Source: Basidiobolus meristosporus CBS 931.73 (lineage: Eukaryota; Fungi; Basidiobolomycota). From it: a stretch of 64,000 bases of DNA. Location of the stretch: contig MCFE01000270.1 of the NCBI GenBank assembly GCA_002104905.1, positions 42,891-106,890 of the forward strand, in the 5' to 3' direction. This document shows, piece after piece, positions 1 to 13,953 of this stretch. The notes below the pieces were generated by a model, which was not told the DNA's origin, searched no databases, and was given only the letters and a program-made list of their open reading frames with translations. Made by a program: the position numbers and the translations under genes. Each line of letters opens with the position of its first letter. The stretch's first letter is position 1.

Positions 1-620
1 CAGTTACTCGGGGTTTCTACTTTGCAGCCAAGATACAGCTTTCTCTACCTGTGCTATTGGACTTATCCCATTGTGTCCTGCCTGTGTGCATGGGACAATA
101 CATAGTTACAAAGAATAATTGGGTGCAATATTGTAGCTACCAGTGTGCAAGATTGCTTTTGGACATTTTGCACTCTGTGGGACAATCTTGCTCACTATGG
201 CTCAACCTGACACAATGAGAATGGCACAGATGATTACACCAGCTTGTAATGTTTGCTTAATTAAATACAACTATGGTGGTAGGTAAATTCAAGTCCTTAG
301 ATATGTTTCTGCATTGTAAATGGAAATAGATGCATATCACACTATGACCTACACTAATATTTATCAATTTGGCAACCAATACTCCAATCAAACGGTATGT
401 CAAAGGTTGATTGATCTAAAAGTAAGCTGAAGCTGTTATCCCCCAATTGGCTATTTGACTAATACACATACTACCCAATCTGCCTTCAAATATTGCACTT
501 TGCCAATTGAGGAACTAAATCCCCAATCTTAGTAATTGGACAAGGTGTCAAAGCAAGAAATACAACCAGTTGGGTAGCTACACATCAGTTTGAATAGTTG
601 CACTGGTGTCACAAATGTTA

Positions 621-1122
621 GACTTGTTCTGTTGGATGGTGCCACATTGAGCCATGAGTGCCAAATTATGCCAAAGTGTGCCAGGGAGGCCAAGTGAACC
701 TATATTTAGCCCCAGAGCATGAAACAGTGTTATACATTGTCATGCAAAGCAGCCCCTGTGCTTCACCCATAATGTGAGAGAAAATTTGTTTTGGACACTT
801 TTTTGCAATGAATGTTGGGAGTGATGTCTTGGAGGACAGAAGGACTGCAGACATGCATCTGGTGCTCAATACACATGGCACTCTAAATTTAGCTCCTGTT
901 GCCTGTAACATGTCACAGAAATGCATCACACAATCTTGGTCTGCTGGCAAAAAATAGATTTTCTCCAACACAATGAGTGAAGCACGGAGTTTACTTTGCA
1001 TGAAGATGAAGATCTACATTTCACACTCTGTGGCTAGGCATAGGTTCATTTGGCCTCCCTGTCACACTCTGACAGCATATTGCACTCAAGGCTCAATGTG
1101 GCACTATCCCATAGAACAGGTC
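621..1122. mobile_element. Foldback/palindromic element, copy 1 (internally deleted)
   Basis: Ends GACTTGTT...AACAGGTC; arms match 14990-15699 and 27720-28450; flanks TGTTA/TGGTA (4/5 match to a 5-bp TSD); spacer and inner part of the right arm missing near 948. Confidence 0.75.
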
Positions 1123-2349
1123 TGGTATATACATATGCAGGGTGCTTCTTATAGAGGCACATTCTCAAGTGTGAGATGACCTTGATACTAATTATATCAG
1201 AAATATAGTGGTCACTGATCTGTGATGGCTTATTTGGATTGCAAAGTAAAATGTGTTGTTTGGATTATTACAAATTGCAACAATTCAATGCAATCTCATC
1301 ATCTTCTAGTTTTTTTTCTCACAGTTTTGCTTTCTAGTAGATGAATGCAAAGCTCAATCTTGGCTGTACTGAATTCCTTCAGTTGTAATAACAAATCCTG
1401 CCTTAAGTGCAATGCACTGACATACTCTTTTACATGCTGAAGCCTCCAGTGATGGAGGCACTTCATGCGGGTAATCATCAGTCAGCTCACTGGAAGTAAC
1501 TTACTGATAGTCAGTTTTAACTGCCTGTTCAGGTGCAACTTGATATGTTGGTATTGCCCATGGCTGAGTTTAATGTGATGTTTTATATTGATGCAACTTG
1601 GCCCACTTCAATGGACTTGTGTTTAAGCAAGTAGACTGGCAAATTCAGGTAGTATTGCTTTGAAGCACATGAATTGATCTGTTGTAAGTCAGCATGCTGT
1701 CATTCCAGGGGATGATGAGGAGTCCAGTGAGGCATGATGGCCAAACTTAATGCAGTTGTATGTGGTCTATATTCTTTCTCTTGAACCTCACCTTCTGATT
1801 CCTCAAGGTATTCACTTAACCTCTGTCTGATACTTTGAAAATGCTGGCTTGTTGAGTCCTGTGTATATTGCTCTTAGAGGCTGCTTGGCTCTACTAATAT
1901 ATCACATAATACATTAGTCACTGGAGGCAACAATTCATTCAGAATATCTTTAGATCCCAAAGCTGCGGCACCAATGGATACGTCTGGCTGTACTGTGCAA
2001 ATTGTGTACAGAATATCTTGCCCATGGCTTCCTCATCAGATCCCTTCACTCTTAGCTCACTCTTTATTTCAATACTTGTTCTGTTATATATCTTCTTGCA
2101 CGCATCCACAGGCATCTTGATGTAGAACGCATGCCACAGCTTTCTACTTACACTTTTTCATTTCTGTTGGCTCTCTGAGGCTTCCAGTTTTGCTACATCA
2201 ATGAGCAGTGCCCAAATATCTATATGAAGGCTTATCTTAAATACTTAGGCTATACTAAAATTATTTGGCAAGAACTTGAAAAGATCCATATTGACTATTC
2301 TGGTTAGATCATAACAGCCAGCTTGGCAATAGTATTTTGTAGGTTGTGC

Positions 2350-3030
2350 TATAGATGATTTGAAACTTGGTATATGGACCATATTGACAGATTTGGATAC
2401 TTATACAGTAGTAAACTGACATTGACCTGATCTCTTATCAATTACATACAAAAACTAAAGTGATTGTGAATATTGCATATATTATGCATTATGCATCTTG
2501 GATTGCATTGACATGGATCAGATGACATCAATTGCAGATCTTCTAATTGATTATAGACTATTAGTAGATCATCAGTAAATCACCCAGTCACTGTTGGAAG
2601 ATAACTTGTGTAACCTAATGATGGGATACCTGGCAATTGATGGCGATTTAGTCATAATGCATGGAAAATTAGATGAATTAAGCTGATCATGCCAAATCAA
2701 ACCATATCACATCTACCTAATAACATACCAATTTGGAGATGACCTATTCATCTGAATGGTCTTTTCTCATCAATCTCATCACAACCACCGGATTTCCTTT
2801 TGCACATTAGTAGATATCTATACCAGGTACTGCTGACCATCTAGCCCCAGTCTACTTAAGGAGATTCCTTGTTAAGCTTCTCTGCTATGACAAGCAATAT
2901 TGCCCTTGAAGGTTTCATCCCACCATCCTTGGCAACAAAAGTCCTAGAAGGTTTCATTTCCAGCTGACAGCAATGGTGAACCACCTTGCAGAGGTTATGA
3001 ACGGCTTATAGTAAGCTTGGAATACTAGTG
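2350..3030. repeat. Unclassified dispersed repeat Y, copy 1
   Basis: Reverse complement aligns by eye with 17395-18070 (e.g. gaaggtttcatcccaccatcc vs ggatggtgggatgaaaccttc); boundaries approximate. Confidence 0.65.
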
Positions 3031-3034
3031 AATA

Positions 3035-4030
3035 ATATTTTAATCCTAATTCCTTGCTGAGATTCTCAAATTGTGGTCCAACTAGTGTTTTGGTCAATAT
3101 ATCTGCCACCATTTTGTCAATTGGGCAGTAAACTAACTCTACTATGTTATTTTTTACAGCTTTCCTCACATTGTGTTGTTTTTTATATCCATGTGCTTAG
3201 TTATGGCATGATTAGTAGAATTCCTAGCTAATGCAATACAACTTTGATTATTGTTGTAAATACATGTTGGTTTGTCTGAATTACAGCTAAAGTCTATGAC
3301 TAACTTTTGTAGCTATATAGCCTCCTTAGTTGCATGGCAAGCAGCCATAAATTCAGCTTCAGTTGTAGATAGGGCCACTGCTGGTTGTGTTGAAATATTG
3401 GACTATTTGGTATCATTCAGCAGCTAAAAATTTACTCAACAATTATAGACTAGTATTACTCACTTTAGAACTCATTTACTGCCTTAACCTTGCCACTTTC
3501 TCCAGATATATGATCTTACAAGTATTCCCCTATAGTCAGGATCAAATTAGACTATTACCAAACATTATGTACTAACCCTGAAACTGTTACAGAATGCTCC
3601 TGAATATTGAGAAACCCTCCCTACTTAGTGTTACAGCTGTATTACTTGTACAAAGGTATAAATACTGAGCTTCTTTATGAATAAACAACAGTTCAACTAT
3701 TATCACTATTTCTTGATAAAGTTCCTTATATCCAAATCACTTCTTAAATTGCAACAGGTTATTTCTTACAACTCCAAGTAATAGCTGCACTAGCATAAAG
3801 AAATACATACCCAATGGTAGAGCATCTGTCAATCAGACCTCTACCCTAATCTGAATCACTATAACCATTAAATTTCCACCCATTAGCTGCTCCAGAGTAT
3901 TCTAGTACTAGATTAATGGTACCTTGTAGATATCCAAAAATCTGCTAGACTGCTGTTATTTGATCTGATCCATAGTTCTGCATGATTGACTGACTATTCC
4001 AACCGCTACTGCAATATCAGGGCATGTAGG
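3035..4030 (-). mobile_element. Ty1/Copia family A, degenerate RT/RNase H fragment
   Basis: ORF 2954-3169 has the Copia RNase H end (VELVYCPIDKMVADILTK); co-linear with 22980-23600; interrupted by an LTR at 3388. Confidence 0.85.
3388..3756 (+). mobile_element. Copia-A solo LTR (369 bp)
   Basis: TGTTG...CAACA termini, near-identical to the LTR at 4031-4399; flanks GGTTG/GGTTA; the uninterrupted target is seen near 23335-23350. Confidence 0.85.
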
Positions 4031-5993
4031 TGTTGAAATGTTGGAGTATTTGGTATCATTCAGCAGCTAAAAATTTACTTAACAATTATGAACTAGTCTT
4101 GGTCACTGTGGGACTAATTTACAGCTCTAACTCTGCCACTTCCCTCAGATCTATAATCTTATGATTTTTCCCCTATAGTCAGGATTAAATTAGCACTATT
4201 GCTAAATATTATATACTAGCCCTAAAATTGTTACAGAATGCTCCTGAATATTGAGAAATTCTCCTTACTTAGTGTTACAACTTTATTACTTCCACAAAGG
4301 TATAAATATTGATCCAGTTTATTTATAAACAACAGTTTAACTATTATCACTATTTCTTGATAAGTTTCTTATATCCATATCACTTCTTAGATTGCAACAG
4401 GCTATGAGCCCCAATTGCCTTAATCTATTCTAAAGATGACTTCTACTAGCCAATAGAACAACACAAGCATCTTCCCTGTAAAGGAATGGTTTGATGGGAA
4501 GAACTACAGACTTTGGAGGATCAAGATGCAGATCCACCTTGAGGAAAGAAAGACTTGATATAGAGTTACAGAAAATGAAGTTGAGCCCAAAGGAACAGCA
4601 GAAGAAGTGGAAAAGTTTCAAGAGAAGGAGAGAAAAGCCTTTATTGCCATATGTATCAATGTGCAAGATTCCTTCATTGGTCAAATCAGAAGAAGTGGAG
4701 AAGTTTCAAAAGAATGCGCCAAAGGCCTTTAATGATACATGTATCAATGTGCAAGATACCATCATTGGACAAATACATGCTTCAAATACTGCCAATGCAG
4801 CCTGGGAATCCTCAGAGAAGCTCTTTAGAGCACAGTCAGTATCAAGCAAGCTTTATTTGAAACAAAAGTTCTTCAACATGAGAATGATGATCAAGCAGAG
4901 AAAATTGAAGATAATGCTTTATTCAGTTCAGAAAGGCACTCAGAAAAGAAGGGAAAGCAACAAAACCAAAGAAAATCTGGTTGCTGTAACTACTGTAAAA
5001 AGCCAGAACACTGGGCATGGGAATGCAAGGAGAAACAAGCAGACAAGAAACAGAAGCTAGAGCTGGCAAACCATATAACCACCCATCAACAGTTATTTGT
5101 AACTGTACAAGAGAGTGTAAGTAGAAGAAGTAATGAATGGTATATTCACCCTGGAGCATTGAAGCATATTTGTGGTATAAGGAAGTGGTTCAGCAACTTA
5201 AAGACTATTCCTGTAAGAAAGGTTTATCTGGGAGATAGCTCTGCTCTGGAAGCTACTGCCAGTGGGTCTATACTACTAAATATGAGCAATAACTCAGGGG
5301 CAACAACAGCAAGACTGACTGACATACTCTTCGTACCTGGGATAGCTAGGAGCCTACTTTCAGTCATTGAAGCAACTGCGTAGGGATTGAAATTTGTTTT
5401 TACAAAGATAAGCTGCTCAATATTGAGTGAAAATGAACAAAATTAGCTTTGGGAATCAGAGATCACAGTATATACAGGTCACGATGCAAGATCATTTTAC
5501 CTGAGTACAACAGCATTGCTGAAACCAATGAAACTAACTGGGAGAAGTGGCATAGGAGGCCAGAGCACATTGAGGAAAAGAAAATGAGCCAATTGGTGAA
5601 ACATTTGCTTGTTGTGGGCCTAAAAACTCAATTCCAATCAAATTGAATGTTTGTAAGGGATGTTCATATAGTAAACAAGCTAGGCAACATTTCAAGAGCT
5701 CAGACGGCATCAATACCACCAAAATATTGCAATTGTACACTCAGACATATGTGACCTCATGAGAACACTGTCCTTTGCAGCCAAGAGACACTTTATGACA
5801 TTTATTGATGACAAAACAAGATATATGTGGGTGTACTTCTTCAAAACAAAGGATGAATCTTTAGAGATGTTTAAGCACACCAAGAACATGGCAGAAACAC
5901 AAACTGGGTGAAAACTGAAGGTACTACAAATTGACAATGGAGGAGAAAACTGCTCAAAGGAGTTGTCAAAATACTGCTTGTCTACTGGTATAC
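4031..5993 (+). mobile_element. Copia-A 5' half: LTR, PBS, gag, protease, integrase (degenerate, truncated)
   Basis: LTR 4031-4399 followed by Copia-type PBS GGCTATGAGCCC; gag remnant (LFRAQSVSSKLYLKQKFFNMRM), protease region (KVYLGDSSALEATASG), integrase remnants; many stops and frameshifts. Confidence 0.9.
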
Positions 5994-8686
5994 TAGAACT
6001 GTCCTAATGGAGTTAAGCTTTGCAACCGGAGCAAATGTTTCCTTAAAGTCTAGTTCCTGGATCTGGAAATTGCCTTTAGCCACCAATCTAGCCTTGTACT
6101 TATCAACAGTACCATTTGAGGTTATCTTGATCATGCAGACCCATCTACATCCTATTGGCTTTCTTACATTTGGTAAATCTACCTGCTCCCACGTTGTTGC
6201 TTTGATCAGTGATTGGTACTCCTCCTGCATGGCTTGTTGCCACATAGTTCCATCTAAACTTTGCAGTGCCTGTTCCAGATTCTGAGGTTTGGCACATAAG
6301 GCAAGATAAGCTTCTTCATGATCATTGGATGGCTACCACCATGATCCAAGGGCATTTCTTATTCTTGTAGATTTTCTAGCTAGGATAATCTGCTCTGATC
6401 TGAAATTGGTAGAGTTATCATCCGTATCTGGCTGAATTTGGTACATATATTCTTCATTAGTGTTGATTGCATCATCCAGCAGCTGGCCAATGATTTCTGT
6501 GGCTTTCTGATCTGAGTTCTCCTAAAATACAATATCCCTGCTCTTGATCAGCTTCTGAATTTTGCCATCACACACTCTATACAACTCAGTATCATCACAA
6601 TACCCAAGAAAGTCCCTTTTCTACTCTTTAGTTACAGCTCTAAGCATTTTTTGTCAGGGATGTGATAGAAGGCATCACTGCCAAAGATCCTGAGGTGCTG
6701 GAGATCTGGTTTTTGCCCTGTATATGCTTCAAAGAGTGTAGAGTCTTGTAGTGCTTTTGCTGGGCATCAATTCCTGATTTATACTGCAGTAGCAACAGAT
6801 TCAGCCCAAAACGTGTAGTCCACTGCCTGATCATGTAGCATAGATCTTCCCATCTCTACTATTGTTCTATCTGTACGTTCTGCTACTCCATTTTACTGTG
6901 GAATATGTGGAACAGTGGTCTGCTGAGCTATACTAGTAGATTTGCAGTACTTTGCAAACTCATTTGAGCAGTATTCCCCTCCATTGTTACTTCAAAGTAT
7001 CTTCAATTTGCACCTAGTTTGTGTTTCTGCCATGTTCTTGATGTGCTTAAACATCTCTAAAGCTTCATCCTTTGTTTTGAGGAACTATACCCATGTATAT
7101 CTTGACTTGTCATCAATATACATCATAAAGTATCACTTGGCTCCAAAGGACAGTGTTCTCAGGGGCCCACATATGTCTGAGTGTACAATAGCCAATATTT
7201 TTGTAGTTTTGGTGCCTCCAGAGTTCCTGAAACATTGCCTAACTTGATTGCCATTTGAACATCCCTTACAGCCACTCAAATTGATTGGAATTGAGTAATT
7301 TAGGCCTGAAACAAGCAAAACGTTTCATCATTTGGCCCATTTTCTAGTTATCTCCCAGATAAACCTTTCTTACAAGGATAGTCTTCAAGTTGCTGAACCA
7401 CTCCATATACCACATATCTGCTTTGATGCTCCAAAGTCAATATACCATTCATTATTTTGGTTATTTGCACTCTCTTGTATGGTTACAAATAACTGTTCAT
7501 CAGTATTTATATAGTTTGGCTGCTCCAGTTTCTGTTTTTTGTCTGCTTGTTCTTCTTGCATTCTCTTGCTCAGCATCCTGGCTTCTTACAGTAGTTACAG
7601 CAGCCAGGTTTTCTTTGGTTTTGTTGCTTTCCATTCTTTTCTGTGTGCCTCTTGGAGCTGAATAAAGTGTTGTCTTCAATTTTCTCTGATTGATCATTAT
7701 GTTTGAGTTCTTTATGGAGAAGTCTTCCTTTGACATAGTCTAAAGTCAAGTTGTCTTCTCTGCTTTCAAAAGAAAGTATGAGTGGCTCATACTTGTCTGG
7801 TAGGCTGCAAAGCAGACAGAGTATCTTTTGTTCATCTTCTACACCAGCATTCATACTATAAGTTCTTCTGCAAGTGTCTCCATTATGGTAATGAGTTGTA
7901 GCATATCATCATCTGGCTTCTTCCTCATGTTGAAGAATTTTTGTTTTAGATAAAGCTTGCTTGGTACTGATTTTGCTCAAGATCTTCTCTAAGGATTCTC
8001 ATGCTGCTTTGGCATTTTTTGAAGCATGGATTTGCCCAATGAAGGAATCTTGCACATTGATACATATAGCTTTAAGGCCTTTCTCTCCTTCTCTTGAAAC
8101 TTCTCCACTTCTTCTGCTGTTCCCTTAGGCTCAAATTCTTTTCCTTTTATTATATTCCAAAGCTTTCTTTCCTCAAGGTGGATCTCCATCTTGATTCCCC
8201 AAAGTTTGTAGTTCTTCCCATCAAACCACTCCTTTAGAGGGAAGATGTTTGTATTATTCTGTTTGCTGGTAGAAGTCATCTTTAGGATAGGCTAAGGCAA
8301 TTGGGGCTCATAACATGTTGCAATCTTAAGAAGTGATTTGGATATAAGGAACTTATCATGATATAGTTATAATAGCTGAGCTGTTGTTTATTCATAAAGT
8401 GGATCAATATTTATACCTTTGTAGAAGTAATACAGCTGTAACACTAAGAAAGGGGGGTTTCTTAACATTCAGGAGCATTCTGTAACAGTTTCAGGGTTAG
8501 TACATAAAGTTTGCTAAAAAGTGTTAATTTGATCTTCACTACAGGGGACTAATCATTGGATCATAGATGTGAAAAAACTGGCAAATTTGGGGCTGCAAGC
8601 AAGTCCTACAGTGACCAAGACTAGTTTAGAATTGTTAAGTAGATTTTTAGCTGCTGAATGATACCAAATAGCTCAGTATTTCAACA
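5994..8686 (-). mobile_element. Copia-A 5' half in the opposite orientation (LTR, gag, PR, IN, start of RT)
   Basis: LTR 8316-8686, PBS (reverse complement of ggggctcataac), gag 7570-8279 with zinc knuckle CNYCKKPG, RT start WQQAMQEEYQSL...YKARLVAKG at 5982-6245. Confidence 0.9.
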
Positions 8687-8689
8687 GGG

Positions 8690-9184
8690 GCTTAGTCAGG
8701 AACCAGACAACTTTACCTTTTTTTTGGTGGCATATATATGGAAATGAGTCAAAGCAAAGGGCAATGGGGCTATACATACATGTTTATGTGGTGCCACATC
8801 CTTATTTATGATGCCTACTAAGGCAGGACACTGTTAAATCTTACATTCATGTAGGTGTAATGACTCAAATACATTACTGTATTAAATATACATGAGTATT
8901 GACCAAAAGATGATAGAATAGTGTAACATTGCTGGGTGTTGAACTGTTTACCCCATGGACAAGACTACTTTGATTCAACACCATAAGAGAAATAAATAAA
9001 GACCATGTGGCTATTGTAGCAAGCTTCTCAGCCATGAAGCATGCAGACAGCATATGAAGTATGATAAGGATCACAGCAAATATTTTGCCACACCAGTCAT
9101 ACTTAGCTATTCATCAGTCACTACTGCATCAGCAATATCTGGCTGGCCACTTGATGCTTCTATAATGGCACCTGGCTGTAGTTG
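8690..9184 (-). repeat. Repeat X fragment, split by the Gypsy insertion; continues at 14323-14520
   Basis: Homologous to 18870-19300 (+) and 32850-33350 (-); the uninterrupted sequence cacctggcggtctttgtaaccttg is at about 33310. Confidence 0.75.
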
Positions 9185-9553
9185 TGTTATAAGTCTTGGT
9201 ATAAGAGTTGTAAAGGAATAGGGAGTTTAACTACTACTGTATCCACTAAAACTTGGATTGACCTCTATCAAAATTTCAGCAGCTCCTTATGTACATTTTG
9301 CCAGATCAATTGCTGACTAATTGTATCTCCTAATGTAGGCTGTGGCTGATTACTCATTTGATTGCATCATCATCAACCAATAAGATCTTACTTAATATAT
9401 CTATTCCTGTCTGATAAGGATCTGCTGATTCATTTGCTGACTAATGCTACTGATTTGATAGATAATACTGATGTACTGATAAGCTAAGCACGTAACTAAT
9501 TGATTTGACTAAAAACTGATCTAACTTAAACATTCAAGTGGCAGGTCATATCA
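9185..9553 (-). repeat. Gypsy 3' LTR
   Basis: TGTTATAAG...CATATCA; adjacent ttctcccctg is the reverse complement of the PPT. Confidence 0.9.
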
Positions 9554-12500
9554 TTCTCCCCTGCTAAAGTTGCAAGGGTTTTCCTGAATCTCTATTCTTG
9601 TGATACCAATATTTTGTTGGTTCAGTATTAGTACTAAGTCTTGCAAGCTTGTGTCTGTCCCTATGTACTAAGCCTTCCCAGATATTGCCTTGTTTGTCCA
9701 CTAGTTGGTAAGTTGCAAATGGACATTCTCTGATGATTTTGAATGGTCCTGTCCATTGTGGCTCAAATTTCTTCCAAGTGTTGTTTTGTAGCAATACAAA
9801 GTTTGTAACTGTCAATGCCTCTGGTGCTATAGTCTTATCAGATCTCTGCTTCATCTTTTCAGCACTTTGAGATACTTTGGTCTGTGCCTATTGGCATCTT
9901 TGTTCCAGTTGCTGGTGTCTACTTGGCTGAACAAGCTCATCTTCTAAGGTGTCTGTAAGCTTTAGTTGTGTGAGATCTCCTGGAATCCTTGGTTCACATC
10001 CATACACTAAGTGAAATGGCATTTGTTGGGTGGTGTTGTGTACTCTGACTCTGCATGAAAAGAGTGCTTGGTCTATATGCTTATCCCATCTACTGACAGC
10101 TCCATTTGCATACCAGATCAGCATTTTTCCAAATAATCTATTAAACTGTTCAGTGACTCCATTAGTTCTGGGGGATATGCCAAGGTTTTCAAGTGTTTGA
10201 TCTGCTGCATTTCCAGGTAAGCTCCCAATATCTTGCCATAAAGTTTGCACCTCTATTGGAGAGAATCTCTACAGGGCATCCAAACTTCATAAGGATCTAA
10301 TGGCAGATGAAACTTGTAACTTCTTGTTCACTGGCTATAGGTACAGCTTTAGCCACTGGCCATTTAGTGGCATGATCAATTGCTACTAGGATCCAATAGT
10401 TGCATTTCCTGGTAGTTGGCAGTCTTTCAGCAAAGTCAATTCCCCCTCTTTCAAATGGTCTTAGAGGCTCCAAGGGAAAGAGTTCTGTAATTCTCTGTGG
10501 TTGGCCTTGGTTGATTTGGCAACTTGCACATGTTTTCACTTGCTTCTCAATGTCATGTTTCATTCTGGGCTACTGTGCTCTGGCTTTCATAAGGCTATAG
10601 GTTCCTTCAATTCCAAGATGTTCATATCCATTGTGTAGCTTATATAATAAATCTGGGTGAGCAACATAAGGGCAATAGGCAATAGGGCTTCCATCAACAA
10701 TATGGTAGAGTGTTTCATCCTGTACTGCAAATTTGCTGGCTTCATCCCGGATTATCTTCTTGATATCTTCATCCACCTCATTACAAATGGCTTGGTCCTC
10801 CAGGTACTTTGGTAATAGGCTAGGTCAATATGATTCATGCACCAAGTTGAGTTGTGCAACTTGTGCTAATCTTGATAAGGTGTCAGCAACTGTGTTGTTT
10901 TTTCCAGGGCAGCAGACTATCTCCAAATCAAATTGCTGAATGTATTCACTCCATCTTGTCATTCTTCTAGAGAGTACTTTCTGAGTAAATATATACTTGA
11001 GGGAGGCATGATCATTCTTCACAGTGCATTTGACTCCTTCAATAGAGCATCTCCATATCTTCAAACAGTGTATTATAGCAAGCATCTCATTCTCATGCAC
11101 TGGATAGTTTTGTTCTGCTGAGTTCAGTCACATGGATTCAAAGGCAATGGTGTAGTCCTTTCCCTTGTGCTCTTGGCTCAACACTCCACCAATTGCATAA
11201 TCTGAAGCATCTGTGCAGGGAGTATACTCTTTTTGAAAGTCAGGTATTCTTAAGCTTAGTAGCTTAGCAAAATCATTCTTGAGCATCTGTAAGGCAGTCT
11301 CACCAGATATGTCCCACTTGTAGGTATTGTCTTTCTGGAAGATATCAGTTAAAGGGGCTACAATACTTGTAAAGGACTTGACAAATCTCCAATAATAGGA
11401 AACCATTCCAAGGAATGATCTGAGCTCTGATATGCTATGAGGCTGCTTCAGATTCTTGATAACTTCAGCCTTCTTAGGGTCTAAGGTTACTCCTATGCTA
11501 GTCACTATGTGTCTCATATATTCAACGTGTTCCTTGAAGAATTCACACTTGAGTAGCTTGCCATAAAGCTTGTTCTCTCTTAGCTTCTTCAAGACCTTTT
11601 CAATATGCACCAAGTGATCCTCTCCTGTCTTGCTGTATATCAGTATATCATCTAGGTAGATTATCACAAACTTGTCTAAGTACTCCTGGAAGACAGTCTG
11701 CATCAGGGTCATGAATGTTGCAGGGGCATTGGTAAGGCCAAAACTCATGACTAAGTACTTGGAATGTCTATATCTGGCCCTGAATGCTGTCTTAGGGATG
11801 TCTTCTGGCTTCACCCTAATCTGGTTGTATCCTGACATGAGGTCAATCTTGCTGAAAATAGTGGCTCCATTGAGTTGGTCCAAAAGCTCATCAATCCAAG
11901 GTGTGGGGTACTTGTTCTTCACAGTAACTGAGCTGAGGGCTCTGTAGGCAATGCCCATCCCAAGTGTTCCATCCTTCTTCTTCACAAAAAGTACTGGAGC
12001 TCCCCAAGGTGACATGCTGGGTCTGATATATCCTTGCTCCAGTAACTGATCTATTTGTCTTATCATCTCTTCCAACTCCAATGCACTCATTCTGTAGGTG
12101 TCTTACTGACTGGAGGGCTATCTCCTGTTTCAATGGCATGTTCTACATCTCTGACTGGTGAGAGGCTTACAAGCTCATCTGGAAATACATCTGAGTGATC
12201 CTTCAAAAGAGTCTGGACCTTGTGGGGTACTTGAGTAGAGGAATTCTCCTGTAATACTGACATGAGGAGCATCTGGGTGCCTTCTCTTAGTGCTCTACAG
12301 AACTGTGTCTTGCTAAGTTCACTTGTTTCACACACACTGGAATTGATCAAGTTAAAATCCAGTCTGGCAGGTAACAGCTCATAGGTCTTGTTGTCCTTCT
12401 GGATCTGAGTGGCATGGGTTCTCCAGTTGATTGATGGATTACAACAAAATAGCTAGGTTTTCCCAAGTACAAGGTCAAACTTGCAGTTCCCAGATATATA

Positions 12501-12614
12501 GGCCTGTAGATCTTCTTCATAGTCATTGATTTTCATCCTCACTGGCTGAGTACCATGGTTGATTATGTGAGAGTTCCCATCAGCTGTTGAGACTGAAGTT
12601 GATTTGGTGAGTTC

Positions 12615-12675
12615 TGAAACAAAGAAGCCAGCGCTACTGTTGTAGCTTTGATACAAGAGTGTGTAGCTGAGGGGA
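12615..12675 (-). mobile_element. 61-bp fragment identical to the 3' region of the telomeric RT module B, inserted in the Gypsy protease region
   Basis: Base-for-base identical to 59455-59515; explains why ORF 12634-13245 ends in SPQLHTLVSKLQQ like the telomeric RT. Confidence 0.9.
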
Positions 12676-13953
12676 CTTCTGGTAGCTATAATATTGCGCC
12701 CAATCATTCTTTACAACCGCGGATTGCGCCACACACCCTGGCATGGTACAATGGAACAAGTCTATTATGTAAGAGCTCCCATGAGCTGTTGAAACTGAAG
12801 TTGATTTGGTGGGTTCCAAGTTGAATCCAGCTTTCAAAGCAAATTGCTCTGACATGTACTCATGCAATGCTCCTGAGTCAATCATGATCTTGGCAGGTAC
12901 TCCATTGAGTACTCCACTCAAGTATAATAGTTTTCCTGAGTTTGAGGTCATCTGGGATAGGTATTCTTCTGTCATATGGAAGGTGAGTTCTGAGACTTCT
13001 TGAAGTTCATCCTCCATGTTACTATGCTCCAGGGCCTCAATATGGTCAAAGGTTCTTGATGGCTGGTGCCCATTTCTTCTCTGAGGGCAGTACTTTGCAA
13101 TATGTCCCTGCTGGTGGTAATTGAAGCAAAATCCTTTCTTCTTATATTTTTCTGCGGTAGGGTTCTTCTGCATAGTGTCTATTTCCATTGGCACTGCTTC
13201 TGATTTTCTTGTTTCATAGTGATTGTAGCCTCTGTGATTAGTCATTGTGGGCTCCCAACTCCAAACATAGCTGAGTCATAGTCAATGGCAATCTTGATGG
13301 CTTCTTCATTACTCTGAGGTCTTCAATTATTCTCTTCCTTAGGAGTTCTTTCTTTCAACCCATCAATAAAGTATTCAACTTGATCCAGAGGGTCCGTTCT
13401 TTCAATTTGCCCAAGTAGACATCTATATTCATAGATGTACTCTTGGACCATTCCTTTCTGTCTGAGTGTCTTCAACTTTCTTCTTAGTGGTGTCTGTTGG
13501 TGTGGAGGCTTAAAGGCATCCCAAATTTTGGACACAAGCTCATCCCAGATAGAGATTGTAGAGCATCCCTTCATGGTGGCTGACCTGATCTTGTTGTGGT
13601 ACCACAATAAAGCTGCATCTGCCAGTTAAGCGGCTGTATAATGTAACTTGCCTTCTGGAGCAATTCCCTTAGCCTTGAAAGCTTCTTCAATCTGGAAGAA
13701 CCAAGTTCCCAGGTTTTCATTGACTCTACCATGGTACCAGTTGACCTTGTGACTAAAGTAGCGCTTGACAGGGTTTTGCTGGCTTTGGGCCATGGTAGTC
13801 ATTCCTTGTTGCTGCTGGCTAAGGATCTGGAGTAACTGTTGTTGCAGGGCCAGGATTTGTTGCATATCCTTCTTCCATTCTTAATTTTAGCACATCTTGA
13901 GGGAGACTTCTTCTTTCTTCAGGAGGGATGTTTCTGGTTATTGCTGCTACCAA

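Noticed and set aside
9554-9860. Chromodomain at the end of the Gypsy integrase
   Set aside because: The frame ends shortly after a GPF/SH3-like region with no chromodomain motif.
12634-13245. Programmed Gypsy gag-protease fusion to a novel C-terminus
   Set aside because: The tail comes from the inserted patch; the native Gypsy frame resumes in ORF 12453-12707.
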